DNA of 64,000 bases from Eledone cirrhosa (taxonomy: Eukaryota). Made by a program: the position numbers and the translations under genes. Positions 1-10,910 of the stretch are shown piece by piece. A model generated the notes under the pieces. That model ran no database searches and was not told the DNA's origin. It saw only the letters and a program-made list of their open reading frames with translations. The stretch lies in assembly GCA_964016885.1 (NCBI GenBank), contig OZ024744.1, forward strand, positions 28,706,001 through 28,770,000. The letters are read 5' to 3'. How positions within the stretch are numbered: the first letter of the stretch is position 1; every line of letters starts with the position of its first letter.

Positions 1-32
1 AAAGAGCCACAGAGGCCCAAATACAAAAAGCC

Positions 33-1424
33 TTGGGGTCTGTGTGGCAGAGGAAAACGCACATCACCCGAGGCAAAAAATACGCCACCGTAGACGTACT
101 TTTTGCCACACCCCAGGAGGCAAAGGCCCAATCAGTAGTGACCCTAAGGAGCGAGGAAATGGTGTTGGTGCCCTCCTACTGCGGGCAAAAAATTGTGAGG
201 GTCAAACTGACCCACGTCCCCCCCGGAATGACCCCTTCTTGGCTGGCCGCGTCTGTCCTCGTCGGAATCGAGGACAAAACAACTGTACTGCAAGTACAGA
301 AAAAAGTAAGAGAAGATTGGGTCGGCTCCTCCATTGAGATGCTAATCCAAACCAACCAGGAGTGCATCGAAGCTATCCCGGATGTGATAGACTTCGATAA
401 CGGCACTCAACTGCCCATAAGTGTTGAGGGCAAACGCCCGAAATGCTTTCGCTGTGGATCGAAGACTCACCTCAGGGCCTTCTGCAACGAGAAGACCCTG
501 AGAAAGGAGAAAACCCCCCTCCTTCCGAATCCGGCTCCACGGCTACCAGCAACAGGACAAGCGGCAACCAGGAACGATAGGTCCGTGGCACCCATACCCA
601 CTCCACGGAAATCAAAGACAGCAGCAGCAGTGGAAATATTAACAACAACAACAGCAATACCAAATGCAGCTGCAACAGAGACTCCAGTGCAAACATCACC
701 AACAACAACAAGTGAAAGAGTGGAACTGGTACCCCTCCCCGACCTTACAGAATCAGACATGGAGTGTGAGGTGGGAGAGGGATGGCAAAAGGTCGCAAGA
801 AGGCACAAACGCAGAAGCAGCGCATCGTCGCCTTTGAAAAGGGAGGAAAGAAATGAGAAAAGGGTAAAGTCTACTGCAAAGAGACCCACAGCAGCAACAC
901 CACCAACACCATCACCACCCACACCAGCACCACCATCACCACCGGCGACAACCCCACCGCCAACAACACCTTCAACACCACCACCACAAGCACCAACATC
1001 GCAAACACAACAACAAAACACACACACCCAGCAACAACGACAACAAAATAGCAGAACCACACCCCACCCCCAGAAAAACAAATGCACGGCAATAAACACA
1101 CACAACAAGAAACTAATGACTTACATAATTGAACACACAGACATTTCACAACAGGACTACATAATACCAGCACCAATCAAAACGCCAACTAACATAAGAC
1201 TGCTAAAAATAGCACAGAAACAATACACAAACATTAAAACGAAATTCCCCAACGCAGTTGGTGATTTCAGGGACCTAGGAGGAACCATCGATCGAAGAGT
1301 ATATTCAGACATTCTCTTAGAAGACCCGACGACCAGCCGAAGGGACGATTCAACGGTCCCTTCACCAGACGATCAAGTGAAAAGGGATGTAAAAACCATC
1401 CCTCCTCTACCAAAAGTACGGTAA
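33..1424 (+). CDS. LINE ORF1 nucleic-acid-binding protein (5'-incomplete; frame is open back to the window start)
   Basis: Zinc knuckle CFRCGSKTHLRAFC (C-X2-C-X4-H-X4-C), basic WQKVARRHKRR segment and a Pro/Thr-rich low-complexity region, directly upstream of ORF2. Confidence 0.85.
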   Translation: MGSVWQRKTHITRGKKYATVDVLFATPQEAKAQSVVTLRSEEMVLVPSYCGQKIVRVKLTHVPPGMTPSWLAASVLVGIEDKTTVLQVQKKVREDWVGSSIEMLIQTNQECIEAIPDVIDFDNGTQLPISVEGKRPKCFRCGSKTHLRAFCNEKTLRKEKTPLLPNPAPRLPATGQAATRNDRSVAPIPTPRKSKTAAAVEILTTTTAIPNAAATETPVQTSPTTTSERVELVPLPDLTESDMECEVGEGWQKVARRHKRRSSASSPLKREERNEKRVKSTAKRPTAATPPTPSPPTPAPPSPPATTPPPTTPSTPPPQAPTSQTQQQNTHTQQQRQQNSRTTPHPQKNKCTAINTHNKKLMTYIIEHTDISQQDYIIPAPIKTPTNIRLLKIAQKQYTNIKTKFPNAVGDFRDLGGTIDRRVYSDILLEDPTTSRRDDSTVPSPDDQVKRDVKTIPPLPKVR

Positions 1425-1459
1425 GTGGTCTTTCCCATCTTTTCCACTCTATTTTAAAC

Positions 1460-4400
1460 ATGACCTCACTCAGAATAGGCAGCATAAATGCGCGTGGCTT
1501 GGGGTCGTCATGGAAGCAGGGTCACTTGCTCAACGACCTCAGGTCACTAAACATAGATGTAGTGGCCATCAGCGAGACCAGAATCTCCGAAGCACGGGCC
1601 TTCGCACCGATCTTCGGCGGCTACGATGTGTACGCATCTCCCAGCCGTCCTGGATCGGGTGGAGGAGTTGCTGTGCTTTTTCGGAGAGGTTTGGATCTCG
1701 CCATACGGGCCATCTTCCTGGACCCAGAGGGAAAGCTGGTGGTGCTGGACGTGACCAGCGGAGACGGGCAAGCTTTCAGGCTAGTGGCCGTCTATGCCCC
1801 GACAGGAGCAGGGCGGCCTGATTTCTTCCGGCGTCTGGAGACCTTTCTTGGAACGTCCCGCTCTTTAGTGTTAGTGGGCGACTGGAACGGGATCTTAGAT
1901 GCACGCTGGGACTGTGTGGGATTAGCGGATAGGGGTGGAGGGTGCAAGAGCCTCACCAACCTGCTCAGGCGTTTTGAACTGTCTGACAGGTACCGATTGG
2001 ATTTCCCGAATGTGCCAATGTGGACTTGGACAAACCGCATAGGGTCATCCAGATCATATCTAGATAGAGTATTTTGTAGGGAAATAGATAGGTCTAGCAT
2101 AGGCTGTCCACAATTCAAGATAGTCAGCTACACGGACCACAAATTCGTGACCTGTGTGCTTGACTTAGATAGGCTTCATAGACGAGGACCCGGCTACTGG
2201 AAGCTAAACGCGTCCTTACCAGCGCGCAAGGCCTACAGAGACCGGATTAGCGAACTAGTTAAGCGGGCGTTGACGGGGGCCATCGTCAACAACAAGTGGT
2301 GGTTTGCTCTGAAAAGAGCGATTAGAATAGAATCGATTAGGTTTAGTAAGGCTTTAGCAATAGAGAAAAATAGAGCAGAGGGAGAACTAGTTAGAAAATT
2401 AGACGAGGCGCTTAGCAAAGGCATTGCGACCGACGTGCTTGCGGCGAAATTGGCCCTTGACCAATTCTTCAATGCAAAGCACGAAGGCTGCGTTGTCAGA
2501 GCTAGGGTGCGTGCTCTCAGACACGAGGGGACGAAAGCCGTTCAATGGGCCCGAGTGGCGGAGGCGCGTCGTGGCAACAAAGCCACGATCCGGTCTTTGG
2601 TGGACCACGACGGGCGCATGCTACTCGATCCCGGGCAAATGTGTGAAGCTTTTCAGGGACACTTCGCTCAGCTGTTCGGGGGCAGCGGGGGGCCGGGTAG
2701 AGGGATGGACTTTAGTGTCTACCTCGACGGACTGCCGCGGCTCTCGGCCACTGAGGCGAGGTGTTGCGAAAAGCCGATAACAGCCGCTGAAGTACGGGAG
2801 GCAATGACTGGCTGCACAAGGGGTAAATCGCCTGGTTTGGATGGTCTGCCCTATGAACTTTACGTACAGATGCCAGACTTGTTCGGAGGCCTCTTGGCGG
2901 ACGTCTACTGCAACTGGCAACAGAACGGGAGAATTCCCAGTTCTGTGAGCCGAGGAGCGGTGGCACTGCTGAGAAAGGATCCGAACAAGGGGGATAACAT
3001 AGACAATTTCCGGCCCATAACTCTGCTACACACAGAGTTTAAGATTTTGGCCAAGGTGCTAGCAAAGAGGTTGGCGCTTGTCGTTGGTGGTCTGGTGGGA
3101 GAGGCGCAGACATGCGCCATTCCCGACAGATCCATCCACGACAACCTCCACCTCATGCGATACATCGTAGAGAGGGTAGCTAGGGAACCTGGCACGGGTG
3201 GGTCCTTGATCAATTTAGATCAGTCGAAAGCTTTCGATAGGGTCGACCATCGTTACCTAGCGGCAGTCCTGAGGGCGGCTGGCTTTGGGCCCGTCTTCAG
3301 AGGCTGGATCGCTGCCATGCACAGCGACATCTGCTCTGTGGTGAGAGTGAACGGTCACCTGTCGGAACCGTTCAACATCATGCGCTCGGTCCGCCAAGGA
3401 TGTCCCCTCTCGTCCCTCTTGTACGTATTGACTCTCGAGCCATTACTGCACAAACTGGAGACGTTGAGGGGAGTCCCGCGCGAACTAGGATGCGGAAGAT
3501 CCGTGTCAGCATATGCGGACGATGTCACCGTAGTGGTGTCGAACGCCAAACACATCGAGGCGATCGGCACTACACTAAGAGAATACGAAGCGGTGACAGG
3601 AGCAATGATCAACCAGGAAAAGTCAGTGGGCCTGCAGCTCGGCACCTGGAGAGGCAGGTCCATGCCGTCCAACAGCGTCGTCGGGCGCTGGACGGACGGA
3701 CCGGTTAAATTGCTAGGGGTCTGGTTCGGTCCGGACCTCCAGACGGACAAAAACTGGGACGAGGTGACGAGCAGGGTGGCTTCTCTCACCCAGAAATGGG
3801 CGGAGAGGAAGCTATCCCTGAAAGGTCGAGCGGAGGTGGCTAACGCGTACATCGCGTCTGTCATCTGCTACCGCCTAACCGTCGTACCTTGTCCTAAGCC
3901 TCGCCTGACTGCGCTGGAGCGTTTGCTCTTTCGCTTTTTGTGGAAGGGACGTGCTCCGATGGTCAGGCGGTCCATCTGTTGTCAACACCCGCTACGTGGA
4001 GGGCTGGGCATGCCGTGGCTGATGATGCGCAGGCACGCGCTCAGGCTACGACATCTCCACCTCTTCCTCGACGGTGATCAGGTGTGGTCGCCGTTTGCTA
4101 GGCGCGTTTTTCCCCAGCTCGTTTCCTTGACGGAGCTGCAGTCCTGGGTCAAGCGAAGACCGAGAGGGAGCGCCTGGAGACTGGAATGTCTTCAGGCGCT
4201 CACAGCCCTCGACCAATCGGGCAATGTGATCGGTGGAAACTCCACCTCGGCGTTCTATAGAGGATTAGTGGAGGGGAAGAGCGACGACGTACTTGGGGAA
4301 ACTCTAGGCGTCGACGAAAATCAACTAGCCAATCTCTTCGGAAGAACTTTCGGGCCAGGGCCTATGGACAACTTCCAGAAATCTCTGGCCTGGCAGTGCT

Positions 4401-4879
4401 ACCGAGGAGCCTTGCCAGTTCGGGATAAACTCTACAGGCATGGAGGTGCCGTCAGCCGGGCATGTCCGAGATGCGCGCAGGGCGACGAAACCGTCCTGCA
4501 CGCACTCGTCCAGTGTCCGAAAATTGCTGACTTGTGGGTTTATGTCGAACACCTGCTGTCGCGTTTAGGACGGATCCAGCTATCATCTGAGTCTATCGTG
4601 AGGATTGCCCCGCCCTCCTCCTTTAGCCGGGAAGGGCAGGCAGTTTTTATCTGTCTGGTGGCCATGGCGAAAGAGATAGTATGGTGGACACGTTTGAAAG
4701 GGCTGAAGACGAGCACTTACCTCTTCGGTGATGCTCTGATTGACTTTTTCAAATTTCATTTGAAAAGGAAAATCAGAGTAGAGAAGGAAGTGCTCTCTTC
4801 CCAGCATTTTGTTGAAAGATGGGTGAGAGAAGCAAGAATGGCCCGAGTGAATGGGCCGACTCTGAGTATATATCTGTAA
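1460..4879 (+). CDS. LINE ORF2: APE endonuclease + reverse transcriptase + C-terminal Cys/His motif (1139 aa)
   Basis: APE motifs SINARGL, SETR, VYAP, GDWN, SYLDRVF, TDH; WKLN; RT motifs KSPGLDGLP, FRPITLL, LDQSKAFDRVDH, VRQGCPLS, YADD; C-terminal CPRC-X8-H-X4-C. No stops or frameshifts. Confidence 0.95.
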   Translation: MTSLRIGSINARGLGSSWKQGHLLNDLRSLNIDVVAISETRISEARAFAPIFGGYDVYASPSRPGSGGGVAVLFRRGLDLAIRAIFLDPEGKLVVLDVTSGDGQAFRLVAVYAPTGAGRPDFFRRLETFLGTSRSLVLVGDWNGILDARWDCVGLADRGGGCKSLTNLLRRFELSDRYRLDFPNVPMWTWTNRIGSSRSYLDRVFCREIDRSSIGCPQFKIVSYTDHKFVTCVLDLDRLHRRGPGYWKLNASLPARKAYRDRISELVKRALTGAIVNNKWWFALKRAIRIESIRFSKALAIEKNRAEGELVRKLDEALSKGIATDVLAAKLALDQFFNAKHEGCVVRARVRALRHEGTKAVQWARVAEARRGNKATIRSLVDHDGRMLLDPGQMCEAFQGHFAQLFGGSGGPGRGMDFSVYLDGLPRLSATEARCCEKPITAAEVREAMTGCTRGKSPGLDGLPYELYVQMPDLFGGLLADVYCNWQQNGRIPSSVSRGAVALLRKDPNKGDNIDNFRPITLLHTEFKILAKVLAKRLALVVGGLVGEAQTCAIPDRSIHDNLHLMRYIVERVAREPGTGGSLINLDQSKAFDRVDHRYLAAVLRAAGFGPVFRGWIAAMHSDICSVVRVNGHLSEPFNIMRSVRQGCPLSSLLYVLTLEPLLHKLETLRGVPRELGCGRSVSAYADDVTVVVSNAKHIEAIGTTLREYEAVTGAMINQEKSVGLQLGTWRGRSMPSNSVVGRWTDGPVKLLGVWFGPDLQTDKNWDEVTSRVASLTQKWAERKLSLKGRAEVANAYIASVICYRLTVVPCPKPRLTALERLLFRFLWKGRAPMVRRSICCQHPLRGGLGMPWLMMRRHALRLRHLHLFLDGDQVWSPFARRVFPQLVSLTELQSWVKRRPRGSAWRLECLQALTALDQSGNVIGGNSTSAFYRGLVEGKSDDVLGETLGVDENQLANLFGRTFGPGPMDNFQKSLAWQCYRGALPVRDKLYRHGGAVSRACPRCAQGDETVLHALVQCPKIADLWVYVEHLLSRLGRIQLSSESIVRIAPPSSFSREGQAVFICLVAMAKEIVWWTRLKGLKTSTYLFGDALIDFFKFHLKRKIRVEKEVLSSQHFVERWVREARMARVNGPTLSIYL

Positions 4880-5129
4880 ACTAAAGGTGGAAAACTGGGA
4901 GAGGGCACTTGCCTTGGTGGTCAGGGTCATTGTGGCTTTTTACTGGGCTTTCTCCACAAATGTCCCTCCGAAGTCTCCCCCCTATTGGGGAATTTTTCAT
5001 TGTTATTTTCATTGTTATTTTTGTTACATCCTCTGTTTTTGTTTTTTTACACGCAGAAATGCCCATTTGTACCGTCCTGCATTGTCCTGCACTGTCCTTA
5101 ATGTCTACTTTATGTAAACCCTTGTGGTT

Positions 5130-5135
5130 AATAAA
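5130..5135 (+). promoter_or_regulatory. Polyadenylation-signal-like AATAAA at the LINE 3' end
   Basis: AATAAA 6 nt before the terminal (ATT)n tract. Confidence 0.55.
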
Positions 5136-5141
5136 GAAATC

Positions 5142-5240
5142 ATTATTATTATTATTATTAGTAGTAGTAGTAGTAGTCGTAGTGGTATTAGTAGTGGAAG
5201 TCGTAGTTGTAGTAACAGTAGTAGTAGTAGTAGTGGTGGT

Positions 5241-5309
<69 letters not shown>

Positions 5310-5464
5310 ATAGTAGTAGTGGTAGTGGTTGTTGTAGTAACAGTAGTATTAGTATTATTATTATTATTATTATTAGTAGTAGTAGTAGTAGTAGTGGTAT
5401 AAGTAGTGCTAGTGGTAGTTGTAGTAACAGTAGTAGTAGTGGTGGTGGTGGTGGTGGTGTGGTG

Positions 5465-5516
<52 letters not shown>

Positions 5517-5589
5517 CAGCAGTAGTAGTAATAGCAGTAGTAGTAATAGCAGCAGCAGCAGTAGAAGTGGTAGTGGTAGTTGTAGTAAC

Positions 5590-5631
<42 letters not shown>
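5142..5631. repeat. Compound trinucleotide microsatellite (ATT)n/(AGT)n/(GGT)n/(AGC)n
   Basis: Directly visible; explains the poly-V/S/T/L ORFs in the track. Confidence 0.97.
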
Positions 5632-5683
5632 CACATTAATAACAATGGCGACGAGCATAGCAAGAAGAAGAATAAGCGCAACA

Positions 5684-5865
5684 ATAATTCTAACGTCGAC
5701 ACCAGGTCAGTAATTTTTGGGGAAGTTGGAAAGTCAATTATATCATCTTCCACTACTACACTGGTATTTTTATTTATTTACCCCAGTGGGATACAAAGCA
5801 AAGTTGACCTCATCATGATTAGAACTCAGAACCCAGAGTACCGGAATAAATACCGTAAGGTATTA
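5684..5865 (-). mobile_element. Degenerate tRNA-derived SINE, same family as the 13421 and 59207 copies
   Basis: Reverse complement reads gttctgagttctaatc..gaggtcaactttgctttgtatcccactggggtaaataaataaaaataccag, matching the central domain of the other copies. Confidence 0.75.
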
Positions 5866-5874
5866 GTTTCAACA

Positions 5875-6125
5875 TCTGCTTTACACGAGCGAAACATGGA
5901 AGAGCACAGCAAAGATGGAAAGAGGCTGAACACTTTCACGGGATCACCTGACTACGAACGTTCCAAAAAGATCCGATGGTTGTCAACATCACTTGGCAAA
6001 GGCACGAAAAAGCCGCCGCTGAACTAAGATAGATTTCCTTTATCGTTCAAAAGAGGGCGAAGACGTTGGGGACAGTAGGAATGGAAAGAAAGGGCCCTTA
6101 ACACTATATGTTGTCGCAAGGACGC
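5875..6125 (+). pseudogene. Highly decayed RTE-type ORF C-terminal remnant
   Basis: Frameshifted translation LLYTSETWKSTAKME..RLNTF....KKIRW resembles the RTE LLYGSETW...RL..F...LR.I..I.W region. Confidence 0.5.
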
Positions 6126-6271
6126 CTTCATGACATTTTCTCTCTTCCTTTCTGTTTCCCTCCCTTTTCTGTGTTCTGAGAGGACGGAGCACCGCCAGGT
6201 TTAAATTGACAAAGACACACCGTGTGACTACGGTGCCTCAACGACTCCATCAGGAACTGCGGGTCCTCACC

Positions 6272-6327
6272 TACATGTATGTATGTATGTATTTATATGT
6301 ATGTATGTGTGTATATATGTGTATGTA
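6272..6327. repeat. (ATGT)n microsatellite
   Basis: Directly visible. Confidence 0.9.
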
Positions 6328-6458
6328 TGTAGTGTTTGTACCAGAGTTTTCAAGTCGTTGGTTGGACTAAAAAGTCACACTCGTTCAGCGCATCGGTAGG
6401 GGTTCTTCTACATGGATATAAAGTAGTGGCCGTACTCGAAAACGAGTTGGCAGCCACC
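6328..6458 (+). mobile_element. 5'-truncated RTE/BovB-like LINE 3' end with (ATGT)n tail
   Basis: 6328-6399 encodes CSVCTRVFKSLVGLKSHTRSAHR* (C2H2 finger as at RTE/BovB C-termini); 3' stem-loop ACTCG-AAAA-CGAGT inside GTGGC..GCCAC; followed by (ATGT)n. Closely matches the reverse complement of 63379-63508. Confidence 0.8.
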
Positions 6459-6527
6459 ATGTATGTATGTATGTATGTATGCATGTATGTATGTATGTAT
6501 GTATGTATGTATTTCTGTGTATGTAAT

Positions 6528-9500
6528 TTCTTCTGGTTTTATAATTTCACAAATTTTTACCAATAGAGAGAGAGAGTCGGTTTCTAACATACACACGAGA
6601 CTCTCTCATTGGAATTTACACAACATCAACAAGGTAGATATGTATGTATGTATGCATGTGTAGATATGGATGTTATTGTATGTGTGGATGTGGATGTTTT
6701 GAGTTGTATGTGTGCATTTGTATATGCTTTGTATCTGTACATGAGTATATGCAGTTATTAGATGCAAAATGTTTGGAATGTTTTACATATTTTTACTGTT
6801 CCATTAATGGATTGTGCTTGTAATTTCCTAACTAGTTGTGTTCTTTCTGTTCCTGTGAAGCCTAGCTTCTCAAGATTTGTATTGAGGCAGTTACTAACAT
6901 ATCCCAGTGCCCCATTAATCACAGGCATATATCTGAAGGTGTAATCAGGGTGGAGTATCTGCAGATTTCCCATCAGTTCTGCATAAATATTCTCCTTTTC
7001 ACTAATCTTTGATATTATATTGGCATCTCTGGGCAGCTAATTTCCACTACTGTGCATGTTTTCTTCTCGCTGTCCCATATCATAATATCTGGTCTGTTAT
7101 GCCTGCATTTTAATGGGGTTTTTACTGGAACATTCCACCAGTACTCTTTCATATTATGTACCTGGATATCTTCCACGTTGCTGTAGCTTTTAATGGGTTT
7201 ATTATCGGGGCTATCTTTTTTACGAACTGCATTGTACAGTGTTTTGGCCACTACATCATGCCTCATAGGTAGATAGTACCGCGATTACATCTTTGGACAG
7301 ATGCTGAGGACATGGGTGATATCCTCGATGTTAGTTCTGAAGAGTCTGCACTTGTTATCACATCTAGGCGTTTTGCCTGCATCCCTATCTCTTTTGTGAA
7401 TCAGGTTATTCGTGCTAATCTCCTGTTCCTGGATTACAAAAGCGTATCCTTCAAATGGGAGCCAATATAGCGGTTGTTGGTCCGAGATAGACTACTTTCC
7501 TTATCTATATTACTCTCACTCTGGAGCTTCCTGGCAACATATCCATGCATGATTTTTTGCTGATAAGCATGCAGTTTTTCATCCATGGATTCACTGCGAT
7601 ACTGCTGAGCGACTTCCCTGGGTATGAGCTTTTGATTATCACGCAGGGAATATCTCTCGAGGAGTTCCTTCCCAACTCTCATGATCTTATCTGTTTCATG
7701 CAGATAGACTTGCTCGAGAAACGGGCTCCTACGCTTCGAGGTTCGTAGATGTTGTCGGAGAGATATGATGCGACATTCAAATGTTGTTTGGACTGATGTT
7801 AGGCCCCTGCCTCGCTGCTCACGTTTCAAGTAAAGGCGGTCTATGTCACTGTTGATGTGGAAGTTTCCGGTGTTGTTTAGTATTTTTCGAGTTCCAACAT
7901 CAACTGCTCGGATTTCGTCTATCGTCCAATTGAGTATTCCAAAGGTTGCTGTTAGGAAGGCACAGCAAACACATTGTGAGCCACTGTTTTGTTTTGCGCA
8001 GAGAGTTCCGATGACCAGATCTTTCTTAATCGTGTGTAGTATTCCTTGGTTACGCGTTCTTTATTACATATACCATTATAGGATATGTTCTCATCTATTC
8101 TCAGGTATCTGTAGCAGTCCTCATCAGATATCGGTGAAACAGTTAGGCTATTGATTACTAGATTGGGTTGTTGTTTTTCCCCGCTTTACAGTCATGTATG
8201 AGCATTTATCTTGGCCAAACTCCATTCCTATATCCTTTGAGAACGTTGTAACCAGGTCAAGATTCTTCTTCATCCCATCCATGTTCTTGGCATAGAGTTT
8301 CAGATCGTCTACAAATAAATTATGGGCTAGGTTCGTATTTATGTCCTCCTGTGAGCCTATGATGTATCCCTCACATTTATTGAGCAGAAAGGACAAGGGG
8401 TTTAATGACAAGATGAATAATATCACAGAGAGTGACTGTCTCCCTGAAATATACCCCTGCAATATTTTATTTTATCAGTGAAAATAGAGTCCTCCCTCTC
8501 TGTCTTTAACTTTAGGATAGTAGCCCAAGAAGAAGGCAGCCTCTCTATGGCTCTGACAATAATGTCTGGGACTTTAGCAAGTTGGAGAGCCTCTATCATC
8601 CAAGAGTGGGGAACAGAATCGAAAGCTTTCCTGTAGTCCAGCCTGACTGTAGTCATATTCCTCCTAAGTTGTCGCACCTCCTACATCGCAGTTTTGTTGA
8701 TTAGGAGTTGTTCAGCACATCCCCAAACCCCTTTCTTTCCAGCTGCTTGTTCATCTGTGATGATGTTATTATTTTCACAGTGATCTTGGAGGAATAGGTT
8801 CCGGCAGGCTGTATACATCTTATACATCAGCTTCTGGCATGCAATGGGTCGGTAGTTTTTTGCCAAGTGGGTGTCTTTGTTCTTGGGGACCAGTAATGTT
8901 TGTGCTAATGTCAACCATTCTGGTATAAGTGTATCTCCCTTAAGAACTTGTTGGTAGAGGTCAGTAAGATACCTCCGATAGAATATCAGTTTTTTGTACC
9001 AGTAGCCGACAATCATGTCTCTTCCTGGTGTTTTCTTATCTGGAGTTTTCCTATCACAGTCTCAAGGGTACCCTCACTTATTTCGTATGTTTTTGTTGTA
9101 GTGTAGGAGCAATAGTTCTTTCGGATTTCTCTTAGCCAAACTGCATCTTGGTTGAAATTCTTCTTTTCACCCCATTTTTTTTCTCCAAAAGGAATCTGTC
9201 TTTCTGGGATGGGGACTCAGTGACACTTATTATTTTGCCCTTCATAACACTATAGACTGATGTTTGGTTTCGTCTGAATCTTTTATTAAGCACTTTTCTC
9301 TCATCTACCTTCATGTATCTGCATTTTTCGCTAACAGCTCTCAATTCTTGTTTGAGGGTTATCAGCTTATATTGGAGAGTTCTGGTTCTACTGTTACCAA
9401 ACATCGTCTCTATTTTATTTTTCACTCTTTGTTGGGGAGGAGTGAGGTTTTTTTGTGTTTGTTTGCATGTAAGGAGTATTGTCACATATCCTATGTTTTT

Positions 9501-10625
9501 TCGTAGGTCAGCACTCTTTTTTTTCTATTTTAGTTATATATGATGGTATTTTTGGTGGTGTTTGTTCTTGTTAATATCTCTGCTGTCACCAAAATAATGC
9601 TTCCCTGTCATTGCTGAGGCATATAAACAGGCGTTGATTTGCCAAAATGTTGGGGTTTTTATCCGTCGTAAATATTCATCCCCTATTTCGTAAATAACAC
9701 GTATTATTTCATTATTTGTATTTTTATTCAACATTGTCGTTTTAACACGTTCAGCAAGAGAGATATTTATACATGAGTTAATTTCTTTCTGGAAGATTTC
9801 GTTGAGGGAAATTTTCAATTGTTTGATTATCATTATCGATAGTATTTTCCAACAACAGTCGAGGTAGACTCGGATGGTACACGTGGTGTCACATTTATTC
9901 GATTATTATTATTATCGATAGTGTTTTCCCCAGCATTCGAGGTAGACTTAGATGGTACAGGTAGTGTCAAGTTTCTTACAGGCATAGTTGTTTCAAGGCG
10001 CTGTTCGACCTGGCTGCTAGGAAGTCTAGTAGCATGGCGATCTGTAGCACGTGTTGTTGATAACATGTTTGTTGTGGGGGACTTACAATTAACAATATTT
10101 ATTTTATTTTTACGTTCAACAAACGTCGCTTGTTGGCGTAATTGTTTCGCTGTGAAATAATTTAGCTCTGGGTGCATTTCGTCCCAGTGTAGCTTCATTC
10201 TATTCATATAGCCAATGGAGGGATTGTTTTTTTTTGCCATTTATTAACAATTAAATAAATCATTATTAAGTTCGCAACTCCAAGAGAAATGCGATTTATA
10301 ATTTCGGTTTCTTCTGTAGCTACAACTGAATAAACTTTGTTTACCTTCCTTGTTATTTGTTTTCGGTACTTCCTTAATTTTGTTGTTGATGTTGTGTTCA
10401 GCCATGCTGTTTGTAGCAAATCCTTGTAAAATGGAGTATGTATTTAGTCGGATATCTCTACGAATTCGAATAAAAGGTGTCTTCAGTAGATATAGTTAGA
10501 AGAATAACCAGTTATTCAACATGACTGTAGTTGTGGCATTACTGTCGGAGATAGTATTCATCTTAAATTTAATAAATAGTCTCCCACGCCAAAATATGCG
10601 ACTGATCGTGTTGACGGGTATTTTT
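6528..10625 (-). mobile_element. Near-full-length R4/Dong-clade non-LTR retrotransposon (RT + RLE), decayed, inserted in (TACA)n
   Basis: Fragmented minus-strand ORFs with YRPIACQ, LDYRKAFDSVPHSW, RGIFQGD, FVDDLKLY, RHDVVA, RPDIMIWD..VEISCP; both ends abut TACA repeats; ~220-bp 5' UTR. Confidence 0.9.
6758..10405 (-). pseudogene. Disrupted single ORF of the R4/Dong element
   Basis: About ten ORF pieces in different frames (10204-10419 down to 6758-6973), collinear with the 60.3-63.1 kb copy; putative ATG at 10405. Confidence 0.85.
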
Positions 10626-10910
10626 GTGTATGTATGTATGTATGTATGTATGTATGTATGTATGTATGTATGTATGTATGTATGTGTGTATGTCTGTATG
10701 TATGTATGTATGTGTGTGTGTATTTATGTGTATCTATGTATGTGTGTATATATGCATGTATGTATGTGTGTATTTATGTGTATGTATGTGTGTATTTATG
10801 TGTATGTATGTACTTATATACCTACATACATGCATTCATACATACATACATGGATTCATACATACATACACACATACATACATACATATATACATACATA
10901 CATATATACA
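10626..10910. repeat. (TATG)n switching to (CATA)n near 10815 (inverted microsatellite junction)
   Basis: Directly visible. Confidence 0.92.

Larger units (their letters stand above)
1..5141 (+). mobile_element. Tx1-clade (L1-like) non-LTR retrotransposon, apparently intact; 5' end lies outside the window
   Basis: Two tandem ORFs (CCHC ORF1; APE-RT-Cys ORF2) with a 35-bp spacer, ~260-bp 3' UTR, AATAAA, then (ATT)n. GC-rich relative to the flanks. Confidence 0.93.

Noticed and set aside
44-4930. Small overlapping and antisense ORFs within the Tx1 element
   Set aside because: Expected shadow ORFs of GC-rich coding sequence, with no motifs.
4909-5713. Poly-Val/Ser/Thr ORFs, and similarly the MYVC/HTYI ORFs at 6.3, 10.5-11, 12.2 and 60.1 kb
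   Set aside because: Microsatellite translations.
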